Below, piece by piece: positions 37,150-50,850 of a stretch of DNA of 64,000 nucleotides; the stretch's first letter is position 1, and every line of letters starts with the position of its first letter. The DNA comes from Octopus sinensis (lineage: Eukaryota): positions 103,850,001 through 103,914,000 of the forward strand of contig NC_042997.1 in the NCBI RefSeq assembly GCF_006345805.1, in the 5' to 3' direction. The notes beneath the pieces were generated by a model. It worked only from the letters and a program-made list of their open reading frames with translations. It was not told where the DNA came from and ran no database searches. The position numbers and the translations under genes were made by a program.

Positions 37150-37990
37150 GTATTCAAATGAAAATTGGTACTTCCAAGTCAAGTACCATTTCGATGAAGA
37201 ATTTACTGAAAAAGAAAATACGGGATATTAATACAGATGAAGGATATAGATATATCAGAGTGCTGGAAGTTGATGGTATACATTTCAATGTTTCATTGAT
37301 GGTATATACCATCAATGAAAGCATGAAACATGAAATTTGGAAAGAGTATTTTCAACGGATAAAGAGAATAATAAAATCCAAACTTAGTGAAACAGATATC
37401 ATCACTGCTACAAACCCCAAAGTTGTATCTATCATCAGGTACGGCACCTAAATAATTAACTGGACAAAGAACGACTTGGTAAACAGGGATAGGAAAACAA
37501 GGAAATTGCTGACAAACTTCTAACACCCAGAAAGATGTTGATAGAAAAAGAGGATTGAAAAAAATCTAAAAATAAATAAATAACTGTGTTAATGAGAAGT
37601 TAAGAAAGTACGTTGTTGATAATAAAATGGTCTTTTCCCCGAAGCAAGAAGAAAGAGTGCTTGAAGTAAAGAAAGGGAAAAACATGAAGTTTGGGAAGGT
37701 TCAAGGCAATGATACGAACTCGAAAATTTGTGGAAATTGTCCTAGAAGTACTGAATGATATGAACATCAGTTGTAATTTCAATGACTAAAGAAAGGAGTG
37801 TTAAAGAAAGAAATAAAGGTGTGGGTTCTAGTTGTGCAGAAGCAGAACAAGAACAAAGATAAAGCATTTCGATGAAATGTAGAATGAGTGGTGAAAGAGG
37901 TATCTGATCATTGTAATCTCTGACAATACAATGCTTGTTCAGAAGGTCTTTTAAGAACTGGAGATATGACTAGGTTACTACTGTTATATA
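37150..37990 (+). pseudogene. R4/Dong-like non-LTR RT remnant
   Basis: EGYRYI.VLE.DGI...MKHEIWKEYFQRIKRIIKSKL....I.A.N..VVSIIRYG..IINWTKNDL...DRKTRKLL, then WLKKGVLKKE. Confidence 0.8.
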
Positions 37991-38054
37991 TTGGTAAATT
38001 TTGAGAGGAATTATGTCAGGAATAATGAATAATTATGTCAGGAATAATGAATAT

Positions 38055-38930
38055 CCTTCGAGAATATTTAGTTAATAAGAAAAGGGTTCTTATGCCTCAT
38101 CTTCATATAAAACTTGGCTTCGTCTTTACGACAAGATGGAGAGGGCTTCAAGTACTTGCATGGCAAGTTTCCTGCTCTATCAGACGCCAAGGTTAATGAG
38201 AGTGTATTTCTAGGACCAGATATAAAGAAATTCACCAAGGAAGAACATTTTGAAAATGGTCTATGATTCTGAAAAGGATGCGCAAATTAGTTTTAAAGAT
38301 GTAATGAAGAACTTTTTGGGATCCATACTACAAAGACAAAGTGGGTAGAATGTTGGAAAAGTTCGAGCTCTTAGGATGTAAAATGTACATTGATGTTCAT
38401 TTTTTTACATGACCTTTTGGATTTCTTTGTGGAAAATGTGGGTGATGTGAGTGAGGAACAAGGGGAATTGGTTCCATCAAGATATAAGGGAGATGAAAGA
38501 AGATTATAAGGAAAGTTGGAATGTCAAGATGATGGTCAGCTACTGCTGGATGTTGCATCGTTAATGTCCATCAAATGCTCACAAGCGAAAGAGTCCTGAC
38601 GTAGTTTCCAACTAAAAAAGAAGATATTTTGAGTTTTTGAATCTAAAATGTGAAGGGAACCCTTGTGAAAATCTATTTTGTCATCTTCCATTTGTATTTG
38701 TGACTTTTTATTTTGCCAACTAAAGTAACAAATTCATTTTTTATTATTTTCATTTTGTCCTAACGAATATCGATTAACCTACAAGTTATGGTATATTTTA
38801 GATTGAATTGTGAGAAAACCTCAGGTAACGAAAAAGAGTTTTTATGATATTTCGAATTAGCACCCACAAAATATATAAAGAAATAGAAAATTAAAATAAT
38901 TTTCAAAAAGTTTCAATTTCTCAGACCTAT
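38055..38930 (+). pseudogene. Chapaev3-like (CMC) DNA transposase remnant with 3' flank
   Basis: LMPHLHIKLG, GEGFKYLHGKFPALSDAKV.E.VFLGPDI, LGCKM..VHFLHD.LDFF.EN.GDVSEEQGE.FHQDI.EM...Y...WNVKMM.SYCWML. Confidence 0.8.
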
Positions 38931-39028
38931 TTATACACACGTACATTTATATATATATGTGTGTGTGTGTGTGAGTGTGTGTGTATGTGTGTGTGTGTGT
39001 GTGTGTGCATATATGCGTGTGTATGTTC

Positions 39029-39636
39029 CTGCAAGGACGCTGCCATGAGCAAAACACAAGTTTACGAGTGGTTTTCACGCTTTAGGAATGGTTACTTGTC
39101 GTTTGAAGACCAACCTCGTCCAGGACGATCGTCAACCTCCCGAACGAATGAAAACATCCCGAAAATTCATGGACTGATCTTGGAGGACGATCGCTGAACA
39201 ATTAACGAACTTGTTGATACGACTGGTGTGTCCTGGAGCTCCAGCCAACGAATTTTGAGGGAGGAATTGCGAATGAAAAGAGTTGCAGCAAAATTTGTGC
39301 CTTGCTTGCTCACGGAAGATCAAAAAGCAGTCACGACTGAATGCGTGCCGTAAACTGAAAGAACAGTTGGAATTTGATCCGGACCTTTTTTCGAAGGTCA
39401 TCATTGGTGACGAAAGCTGGTGTCACGAAATTTGCAGATGTGGAAGGGGTGAAGAAAAACAAGGACAGAGGCGTTAAAAGGCATCACTTCGCAAAAGTCC
39501 CAGTGCTGCTGCGAAACGTGGAAAACGCGTCTGGACTTCAAATTGCTTCAAATGGAGAATAATTGTAAACATGTAAAACGAAGTAAATAAGACAATATTG
39601 CAAAATTTCGGTTTCTTTTGGGTACTCGCTGGTGTA
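39029..39636 (+). mobile_element. Internally deleted mariner (irritans-like) with 3' TIR
   Basis: AMSKTQVYEWFSRFRNG..FEDQPRPGR...KRVAAKFVP.LLTEDQK...KVIIGDESW is joined directly to FADVE.VKK...WKTRLD..IASNGE; TIR-like aaatttcggtttcttttgggtactcgctggtgTA. Confidence 0.88.
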
Positions 39637-40017
39637 TATATAAGTACCACCAAAGTGAATAATAGCAAAACAATTAGCTGAGCAACAGCTATAAAAGTAT
39701 AATATATATCAGAACAATTGAACATAGATACCAATTGAAAAGCTCTAGTGGAATTATCTCATTTATAAACTTTGCAAATCTAATAAAGCAATTAAAAGGA
39801 AATAAAAACACTCCAAGACGTTCAGAGTTTTGTAGTCTTACATTTCATGTCGATATCCTATACGCCATTTTAACCATTGCCGTACACTTAATCGCCCACC
39901 AAACAACCGATTATAGCTGTTTCCATGGGATTGTATTGTACATTAGATGCTCACGTATTTTGTGTCAGATGAAAGAATATTTATTAGAATTTAGTACTAC
40001 TCTGCTTCTCTCTCTCT

Positions 40018-40117
40018 NNNNNNNNNNNNNNNNNNNNNNNNNNNNNNNNNNNNNNNNNNNNNNNNNNNNNNNNNNNNNNNNNNNNNNNNNNNNNNNNNNN
40101 NNNNNNNNNNNNNNNNN
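40018..40117. other. Assembly gap (100 N)
   Basis: Run of N following a (CT)n repeat. Confidence 0.99.
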
Positions 40118-40623
40118 TTGTAAATTACCCCTATTTCCCTTATTGCTCTTGTGTTCTCTTATTGAATCTTATTTTATTTTTATTTTATTTTATTTATATC
40201 TCATTTTACTTCATCTTATTAAAACTTTTTTATGTCCTTCAAAATATCAAAAAAAATTTATTTTTATTATAATTCTTAATTTAAATTTTTTATTTTCAAT
40301 TATAATTATAATCAATATGATAAAAAATTTTCTTACATTTTTGTATTGCTTTTCGAAAGGTACGTATGCATTGAATGCAGTTTTATAATGAATCTGTTTC
40401 TGTTTCATCTTTTCTCCATTTTATTATACTTGTTTATGGTATATTCTTATCCCTATAACGGATCTCCTCAAACATTATTTTCATATTCTTATTACCTGTT
40501 TTGGCTAATTTTCATGAGTATGGTGACTCCTCGTTAGAAATCACCTTTTCTCTGTTTGGATCCACTACAAAAAATTTGAATTGTTCTTTTTGAACTTACC
40601 TCTTCTCATATATACACACATAT

Positions 40624-40814
40624 ATTCTTTTATTCTTTGACTGCGGTCTTGCTAGAGCATCGCCTTTAGTCGAACAAATCGACCTCAGGACTTATTCTTT
40701 GTAAGCTTAGTACTTCTTCTAGAGGTCTGTTTTGCCGAACCGCTAGGTTACGGAGACATAAACACACCAACATTTGTTGTCAAACGATGGTAGGGGGACA
40801 AAGACAGACACATA

Positions 40815-40861
<47 letters not shown>

Positions 40862-41018
40862 TATATGCGATGGCTTCTTTCACTTTCCTTCTACCAAATA
40901 CATTCACAAGGCTTTGATTGGCCCGGCGCTATAGAAGAAGAAACTTGCCCAAGGTGTCACGCAGTGGAACTGAACCCAGACTATGTGGTTTGGAACCAAT
41001 CTTCTTACCACGCAGTCC
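40624..41018 (-). mobile_element. SINE family A, full length
   Basis: Reverse complement of the SINE-A consensus with internal (TA)n. Confidence 0.92.
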
Positions 41019-41130
41019 ACAAACACAACACATGCAAAACATACGCACACAATATACAGATCATGAAACGACAAAGTTCACTTCTGTCTTAATATATATA
41101 TATATATGAATAATAAACACACACACATAC

Positions 41131-41161
<31 letters not shown>

Positions 41162-41977
41162 CTAATATTATATATATATATATACTTACATACACACACA
41201 TGAAATACAGATCGTAAAACGGTGAGGTTCACTTTTGTCTTACATACACACATACATAAACATACATACACACATACATACATATACATACATAAAATAC
41301 AGATCATAAAACAGTGAAGTGCACTTTTGTCTTAAGCTGGTTTAAAGATGGAACGATATTAAAATCAACGATTGTATTGAAATAAGAAGCGGTGCCATAT
41401 ATCAAGTTCCCGTCAGGTGTTTTAGTTTGGATTCATGAAAATAGTTGAACAGATATGATGTGAAATAGATAGCTAAATGGGTTGTGAAAAGAAAAGTGCT
41501 TGTTAGTGAGAGTATTGTTGAGATCTTTCTTGACAGATTATGTGAGGAATCCACGAAACATAATTATACCCACAGAAATAACGCGAATTAGTGTTAATGT
41601 GCCAGCTTTAGCGTCGCGATGTGAGCTTATATAAGCCTTCTAACGACAACTTTCTTTTAAAGTAGAATGAATGATTTTGGACAGAGAAAAGATGTCCACG
41701 AAGGATGATAAAAGACGTGCTTCACTACGAGATGTGTTGCAAACACATCAAGGGGCACGCATAGTACCAACCTTGTGGAGCAAGCAAAGAATTCTTGGAA
41801 GGAATTTGTGTAGAAACTGTCACAATATCTTTCAAAAGACCATGGCATTTGTTGAGGCAAAACAAAATAAGAAAGGGGAAAGAGAAAATCCTGATCATGA
41901 AGTAGGAATTGCTGTAATTTCGATACATAAGCGGACCACTTTATGCTAAACGATAAGCAGTATCTTTTATCTTTTAC

Positions 41978-42082
41978 CGGTTGTCAAGCAGTGGTGGTGG
42001 GGACAAACACAGGCACCAAAACACACACACACGCACACGCATATCAGTAATATATATTTTTACCATTATTAATAATATCCTC

Positions 42083-42120
<38 letters not shown>

Positions 42121-42272
42121 AAAGGCTTCTTTCAGTTTCCGCCTACCAAATCCAATCATAAGGATTTATTTGGCCCGAGGTTAGGGTAGAAGATACCTGC
42201 CCAAGGTGCCACGCAGTGAGATTGGGCCGGAAACATATGCTTGGGAAGCAGGCTTCTTACCATGCAACCATG
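41978..42272 (-). mobile_element. SINE family A, 3'-truncated
   Basis: cggttgtcaagc...ggcttctttcagtttccgcctaccaaatcc...tgcccaaggtgccacgcagtg. Confidence 0.88.
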
Positions 42273-43845
42273 TTTGAAGAAACATTATGAAAGATTTGAA
42301 AATGATATCATATAAACATTTATTGTCAATAAAATAACAAATTTTAACCATAATTGATCTTGGAGTTTAAATTTATAAAATACATGTGAGTTAATATTTT
42401 GAAATTACATTAAGGTATCTAAGAATTAAAGTTTTAATCGTCAATAAAATAACTTTCAAGTAACCTTTATTTTAATTGTTGTTCAGCAATAAGGCCAATA
42501 TGTGTATATTTAATAAACTGCTATTATCCATCATTAATCTGACATTACGTTCAAAGTGTAAGGTGTATGTAACGGTAATCTTTCTCTGAAATCAGAATTA
42601 CATCAACCACACATGAAACATGCGAATCTTGCACATTAACTAAATGTTATGATAGATACAGGCATTATTTTTTGCAACACCCATTAGCCATAAATGGTTA
42701 TATTAATGTATATTCGTAATCTATTGCGCCACTATGAAATTTTGCAGATGACACACGTATGCCAAAGTTTTCTGCCCGGCTGCCGGAGTTCAGCGGCGTT
42801 TCGGTTATTCTTTACAGCCAGACTATCAGCTATTGGAAACAACAAGTTTTGTAGCATTAAAATAATAATGATACGGAATTTGTATTACTTTCTTATCATT
42901 TGATATTAAACAGTATTAATACGATAAATATATTCACCAAACATGCCTTTCCGCTGGAAATATTTATGGCAAGTAGTATACATCGATTTTCGGAATGCCT
43001 TTCCTAGAGTGAATCGCTTTGCGATATATTTCATATTTCATTTTTGTCGTCTAAAAAGAACCCTATTTTTGGAAAGATGTTTTCCTGTTTAAAATGTCGA
43101 CTTGAGCGTTTGATTTTATATGTTTGGAATTGTTGTTATATTTGATATTATTTTTGTCTGCATTGCTACCACCTTCTACAAGACTGCAATGATCCAGGTC
43201 GAAGCTTACTACCACACTGTTTTATATGTGTATGAGTATTTGTGTGTATATTATACAGATATGCATACATTCATGCATACATATATATCACCCACAAAGC
43301 AAGAATCAGAAACACTAAAATAAATTTATATAAAGTATTAGCTGTGAACACTTATTATACTAATGTGTACAATCTGTCTATAGCTTCGATATGTTCACAA
43401 AGAAGTCGGGAGATTTCAGACGGAGAGGTTTCGCAGTTTCCTTGCCGTAACATTACTGAATTAAAAAGATCAGAGCATTTATTATAGAGGAGATGACTTG
43501 CGACTGTCGCAATTTGATATTAAGATTTGTTTGTATAATTTGCATTATGTAACCAATAATCACCATATATTAATGAAACGGACGTAAGATGATGTTGCTA
43601 AATAGCTCACATGTTTTGTTTTCTTTTCTACACATATTTTGTTTAACACTAAAACCTTTTTAAAAGAGGATACAGTAATGCTGATTAATAATTCTTAGAT
43701 TTAATATGTATATGCATCTGGAATGAGACCATTTATAGATAATGAAATTAATTAAGAATTATTCTAATTAAGAGAGGTTCTTTTTAAACATATGATCCTT
43801 TGGTTTACTTGACAATGCTGCATCACATTTATACTGATATTGTGA

Positions 43846-44109
43846 TAATAAATAAATAAATGCGCCCTTTTAAGGCCTAGCCAGGCTCATGGGCCCGGTT
43901 TCCCGGTTTCAATGGCGTATGTGTTCCCCAGCTAGACGGGACACCAGTCCATCGCAGCGTTACTCATTTTTGCCAGCTGAGTGGACTGGAGCAACGGGAA
44001 ATGAAGTGTTTTTGCTCAAGAACACAATGCGTCGCTCGGTCCAGGAATCGAAACCACAGTCTTACGAGCATGGTGCTGACACCCTAACCGCTAAGCCACG
44101 CGCCTCCAC
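43846..44109 (-). mobile_element. tRNA-headed SINE family C with V-domain-like core and (ATTT)n tail
   Basis: Minus: gtggaggcgcgtggcttagcggttagggtg (A-box-like) ... ggtttcgattcctgg (B-box-like) ... tgtgttcttgagcaa ... gcgatggactggtgtcccgtc ... aaagggcgcatttattt. Confidence 0.85.
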
Positions 44110-44616
44110 CTGATATTGTTATACAAACCAAATATTATGGCTGTACCAAAATAAAAGATTAAATACCGAAGACACCTATTTTACTGATAACGTGTGTGAG
44201 ATGTATTTTCCTGAAAGTTTACTCATGATAGACGTTCATCTGGCACAAATCATACATACTTGAACAGCTATTTTATTTTTATTTCCCCTTTTCGAACGTA
44301 AAATTGTTAATGAAATCGTAGAAGAGTAAAGCTGTGAATAAAACAGATTTAACAAAAATATGTATGTAAGATTGTCACAAAATGCATAATGACAGACACA
44401 TTGATGGAGATATAATTGAGTATATACCTATTCAATTGCATGGGTGATATTTTTTGCCAAACTGTATATGACCTACTTCCTTTTATGTAGTATTAAATTA
44501 AATTAGTAATCTGATGAAAACAGTGATATAGCGTTGGAAGTTGATTATTATAAATTGTGAGACGCGTAATAAAAGCATGTGTACAAACGCATATATATAT
44601 ATAATATTATATATAT

Positions 44617-44658
<42 letters not shown>

Positions 44659-45315
44659 AATATGGATGTAAATATGTGTGTGTGGATATATATGTATGTG
44701 TGTATTTATATGTATATATGCACACAAACACACACACACACACACTTTTGTTTAATATATTTATGTAATTCAGAGTTTTTGCTTGAAATTAAATAAAAAA
44801 ATGAGATTAAAATTATCGGCAAAGCAACCACTTGTAACAAATGCAATACTGATAAGTGAGCAGTCTAATGTAAAATGAAAAAGAGGTTCGACATTGTTAC
44901 TAAGGATTAGAGAAAATAAGTATCAAGCAATCCATCATTCTTTAACAAGTATAGTGACATGTACCAATGCATAGCAAAAGAGGAAAACATTTAGATTATA
45001 TGCTAGATTGTTGCCTTTCCAATACAATCAAAGCGTGTTAAAATTATAATGAGTTTATCACTTGATATTATTATCAACTAGTAAGTAGTATGTTTGTAGA
45101 TTTTTATGACTTCTTCCGAGTTTGCACCTGTAGATCGACTTATAATTAGACAACCGTGTCGCCACAACAGGATAGTAGGATATAAGAGAAGATCTTACAA
45201 AAAGAATGTTCCTTTTTTTTTCATTTAGTCTTCCTTTGTGCTGTTATCAACAGGACGTCGTTACTGGTTTTTCTGTTCATATTGTTATTGTCAGTCATTG
45301 CTTTTAAATCAAACG

Positions 45316-45317
<2 letters not shown>

Positions 45318-45397
<80 letters not shown>

Positions 45398-45404
45398 TTT
45401 TCTA

Positions 45405-45449
<45 letters not shown>

Positions 45450-45644
45450 TTATCCATCTATCTATCTGTCTGTCTGTCTGTCTGCCTGTCTGTCTATCTA
45501 TTTATCTATCAACCTATCTGTCTGGCTATCCATTTATTTATCCGTCTGTCTGTCTGTCTGACGGTTTGTCTCTCTATCTACCTGTCTTTCTGTCTCTCTA
45601 TCTATCTGTATCTCTCTCTCTTTCTGTATGTCTGCCTGACTGTC

Positions 45645-45696
<52 letters not shown>

Positions 45697-45715
45697 TTTC
45701 TCTATCTTTCTATCT
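45318..45715. repeat. (TATC)n/(TGTC)n/(CT)n microsatellite field
   Basis: Direct reading. Confidence 0.95.
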
Positions 45716-46174
45716 ACATTTAAAATGTTGGAGGTTGCTGTTGGTACGGAATTATCCTCTAGTGTTACTGCTTTCACCGTTGATATCGTTGTTGTGGCTG
45801 GGGTTGTTGTTACTGCTGTTGCTGTTGCCACTGTTGTTGGTACTGCTGCCGCTGGTGCTGTCGTTAATGTTATTGCAATTGCTGCTGCCGCTGCTACCCT
45901 TGTGGCTCTTTGTACCTTTGCCCTTGCTCTTGTTACTGTTGTTTTTACTGCAACTATCGTTTGTCAGTTTACCAGTGTAGCAGTTTTGTAACCTGGACTT
46001 CCAACTATGGAAGTAACTGTTCTCTTTTCATAATGCCTTCTTTGTCGCTATTGTGGCTTGAACTATTGTTGTTTTTGTTTAATATTGCTGCTGCTGCAGT
46101 CGCTATTGTTGCTGCAGTAAAAGCAGTTGTTGCTGTTATTGTTGATTGCGCTAGTAAAAACGAGCAAATTTAAG

Positions 46175-46660
46175 AACTTTTAACAACGGAAAATCTGTTT
46201 AGTAATGACATAGAATGGAATTTGGACTTTACAAGTGTGTAAAAGCAACTTTTAAGAGAGGAAAGCTCATTACGACATCATCCATCAAACTTGATGTAGA
46301 CACCACTGCAAAAGTTTGGATATAAAGGGCACATTTAAATATCCAGGTGCAAACGAGGGAGATTCCAATATGCCAAATGAAGGAAAGCATCCGAAAAGTC
46401 TGTTACAGAAGAGTAAAGTTGGTCTTGAGAACTCCAAAACTCATAGTAAAGCTATCAGCAACTTAGCTGGATCTGATGTGAGATAAAGTTTATCGCCATG
46501 CATTGGAACTCATCTGACCTTCAGCGACAGATGGAAAACATGAAAACTCCTCACCGCCAATATAATTTTGAGGCAGATATCGACCGACTCAGCCTGCTAA
46601 GAAAAAAAAAAAAGGTGGAAGTGACTCATCAGTTATGAATTGCCATATGATACAACCATG
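46175..46660 (+). pseudogene. R4/Dong-like non-LTR RT remnant
   Basis: FSNDIE.EFGL.KC.KATFKRGKL, TFKY.G.NEG, MKESIRK.CYRRVKLVL, ADIDRL.L.RK..G. Confidence 0.75.
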
Positions 46661-46751
46661 ATTGACTTACATACATATATAAACAAGAACGGAGAGTGGA
46701 TGACCATATAATTAAAACATCACAAAGACTAGAAGAGACATTATGGAAAGT

Positions 46752-46945
46752 ATGTTTGTCCACCACTGACGTTCGACAACCGATGTAGGTGTAACGTCTC
46801 CGTAACTTAGTGGTTCGGTAGATGAGTGATAGAATAAGTGCAAAGCAGATGGGTGATAGAATAATTACTCGCTCGATTGATTAGACAAAAAATTCTTTAA
46901 GATGGTGTTCCATTATGGCCGCAGTCAAATGAGTGAAACGAGTAA
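46752..46945 (+). mobile_element. SINE family A 3' half
   Basis: gacaaccgatg...cgtaacttagtggttcgg...gatagaataagt...atggccgcagtcaaatgagtgaaac. Confidence 0.85.
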
Positions 46946-46954
46946 AAAAAAAAA

Positions 46955-47304
46955 GCCGTATTTCGTCTGCCGTTAAGTTGTGAGTTCAAATTCCGCCGAG
47001 GTTGACTTTACCTTTCATCCTTTCGGGGTCGATAAATTAAGTACCAGTTACGCACTGGGGTCGATATAATCGACTTAATCCGTTTGTCTGTCCTTGTTTG
47101 TCCCTTCTGTGTTTAGCCCCTTGTGGGTAGTAAAGAAATAGGTATTTCGACTGCCGCTACGTTCTGAGATCAAATTCCGCCGACATCGATTTTGCCTTTC
47201 ATCCTTTCTGGGTCGATTAAATAAGTAACAGTAACGCAATGGGGTCGATATAATCGACTTAACCCGTTTGTCTGTCCTTGTTTGTTCCCTCTGTGTATAG
47301 CTCC
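46955..47304 (+). mobile_element. SINE family B tandem dimer (46955-47140, 47141-47304)
   Basis: Two collinear copies of tatttcg.ctgccg...ctgag.tcaaattccgccga...ggggtcgatataatcgacttaa.ccgtttgtctgtccttgtttg. Confidence 0.93.
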
Positions 47305-48189
47305 ACAGAATTCGAGCACAGTGAAAGCACCTTAAAACTCTGAAAGACAGATAGCAAAAGAAACATATTCTCGGTCAATCCTCACTTCGCACCCAGGATG
47401 CTGATGTTGACTAACCACAAACCCATCAGTGGAAACAAAACGAAGGCATTTACCCTTTCTGCCTAAGACCAGAGCTTATTTAAAGCAACGGCCAAGCAAA
47501 CATCCTCAAAAATAGAGCGGACAAAAAACGCAGAATCTTTGAGGAACATGTTAAGACAATGAACCATATAGTTTCAGGGTGCTTTATCTTGGCCCCAACT
47601 CAATATAAAGCTAGGCACTATTGAGCTGGCCTTTATATATTCATTAGATAGTATGAAAACATTATGGTGTAGAACATGTTAAAAGCTGGTATTAACTCTA
47701 TCTACAATCAATAATCGAAGGAAAATTAGAGATCATTTTTTAAAAAATTTATTTTACGGTCCTCAGAAACCCAACCATAAACGGCAATCCACCTGATATT
47801 AGCGTTAAAGACTTTAAACATGAATCATGCCTGCTCATTTACATGTCTATTACTACCTGGCAAAAATGTACCTGCCAAACACTATGACGAATTTGCGAGC
47901 TACAAAGACATAGAAATCGAGATTAGCTGAAATTGGCAATTGAAGAAAAAACAAAATTCAGTTGCTTGTGTTTTCAATTGCCAATCTATGACATTCAGAA
48001 AATTCGTCTTCAACAGAACGGCACAAATTTTACATAAGTTTTTATCTTTGTAATACCAAATAATTGATTCTAAATTCCTTTAGAAATCCTTTCGTTTTAT
48101 ACCTAGTTATTTAAATAGATGTTTGATAAAGTGATAATAAGCATAATAATAGATGTTTGATAAAAGGATAATAAGGATAATAATAATGA

Positions 48190-48346
48190 TTCTTTCTAAT
48201 TGAGGCACAAAGCCTGAAATGTTAAGGGGGGGGATGGTTCACTTTATCGACCCAGTACTCAACTGGTACTTATTTTATAAACCCCGAAAGGATGAAAGAC
48301 AAAGTCGACCTCGGTGGAGGTTGACTTGGCTTTTCATCCCTTCGGG
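48190..48346 (-). mobile_element. SINE family B fragment ending in a 30-bp foldback
   Basis: 48283-48312 and 48317-48346 are inverted copies of the core around the loop GGTG. Confidence 0.85.
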
Positions 48347-48349
48347 TTC

Positions 48350-48996
<647 letters not shown>

Positions 48997-49485
48997 GCAT
49001 TTAGAGTGACTTCATATTAGGATTAAGAAAATGCTCTTTCAACGTATTAAAGAAGATAAACATGAGTATAAAGAAGAAAAAGAAACAAAACAAAAACAGA
49101 GGCAGGGAGACAAGAAATTCGATATTCAATAAGGTTAGCTTAAGTACAAAGGTGTATCAGATTTCAATTTCAAATGTTCGTATAGGTGCGGCATCTTGAA
49201 TTCATCGGTACACAGCGTCGCATTTTTTTTCTCTCTCTTGAAAAAAATATATTGTAGTTCTATATTGTAGGATACGCAACAGAGGAGATAGGGTATGAAG
49301 TAAATGTGAGGTGCGTATATAGAGAAGTATAATTTAATAATAAATATTATCAACTACATTAATGGATAAATCAGTTCTGAGGACATAAAAAAAGGAAAAT
49401 ACATAAACTTTTGATCTTTTCTTTCAAAAACGTCGCGACAAATAGGAAACACACACGTATGTGTTCATATATGTATGCTATCCAC

Positions 49486-49551
<66 letters not shown>

Positions 49552-49696
49552 TATATTGTATATATATATGCATATATATATATATATGTATGTATATCTA
49601 TCTATCTATCTATCTCTCTCTCTATATATATACACACATATATATATATATACATATATATATACATATACATATATAGACATATACACACACACA

Positions 49697-49728
<32 letters not shown>

Positions 49729-49984
49729 CGTATATATAGTATATATGTATATATAATATATATGTGTGTGTATATGTCTATATATGTATATGTATATATA
49801 TATGTAATATATATATATATGTGTGTAATATATATAGAGAGAGATAGATAGATAGATAGATATACATATATATATATTATATATATATGCATATATATAT
49901 ACAATATATATATATATTATATATATATATATATATACGTATATATACGTATATATATGTATATATATATATATGTATATATAC

Positions 49985-50020
<36 letters not shown>

Positions 50021-50157
50021 ATATATATATATATGTATGTATATATATATATCATATATATATGTATATATGTATATATATGTATGTTTGTATATATGTA
50101 TATATGTATATATATGTATATATGTATATATATGTATATATATATATATATATATAT

Positions 50158-50187
<30 letters not shown>
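49486..50187. repeat. ~700-bp (TA)n/(TG)n/(CA)n array
   Basis: Direct reading. Confidence 0.97.
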
Positions 50188-50191
<4 letters not shown>

Positions 50192-50850
50192 GTTCGGGCT
50201 AAAATTAAGGATCTTTATGTCTCCCTTTTTCAAAAACACCTTGATGTATTGGTGAACAGTCAACAGCGTTGGAGAGCATAAAGATAAATGGTGTAGTTGA
50301 AAGAAAAACTTAGTTGAACATGGAGTTACTTGCATCACGATGCTTCACTCCGGGTATCCAAATGCCAACATCACAATTGCTGATCAATGTCCTGTGAATG
50401 CTATAAAAGCTGTAAGACGTGACATGGGCAGCTGAAACGGAGACTACAAAACCGTGGTGAGCAGGAATTTACACGACATGCATTCTGACTGCATCCGAAT
50501 GTCCTGCAACTTTCAGGAGTGCCTTAGGCTTAATTCAGACGGCTATGAGAAGCTATTCCCAAGCTGTAGTCAAAACCTGGCTGGAGAGAGTTGCTACTGG
50601 AAGGTCATATGTCTGGTAGCTGGATTCAGCTCCTTTCCACAACTCCGGAAAGTACCAGAAGCAATTTTTGGCCTAATCCCCCAATTGCATGCATTTATAT
50701 GTGTGGGTTGTAGTTGAGAAAGACACAAATACGTCAGCTTACAATATCAAAGCCGAGCGCTGGTTACTACGATCCAGGGGAGTTGTTCGAAAATCTTCCC
50801 AAGGACACAAAGAAGACTGTATTGTCAGGTTTCGGAGCAGACTTGATGCC
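50188..50850 (+). mobile_element. Internally deleted Tc1/mariner DD37D(maT)-like element, left end only
   Basis: Starts CAGTGttcgggc; encodes VV.TWLERVATGRSYVW*LDSAP.H.SGK.QK, WP..P, YVW.VVEKDTN, RFRSRLDA. Confidence 0.72.

Noticed and set aside
39735-40388. 217-aa ORF
   Set aside because: It spans the 100-N gap and AT-rich sequence, so it is an artefact.
41671-41949. 92-aa ORF
   Set aside because: No recognisable motif or splice support; length expected by chance.
43990-44109. tRNA gene (also the SINE-A and SINE-B heads)
   Set aside because: A/B-box-like motifs are present but no complete cloverleaf; they continue into SINE bodies.
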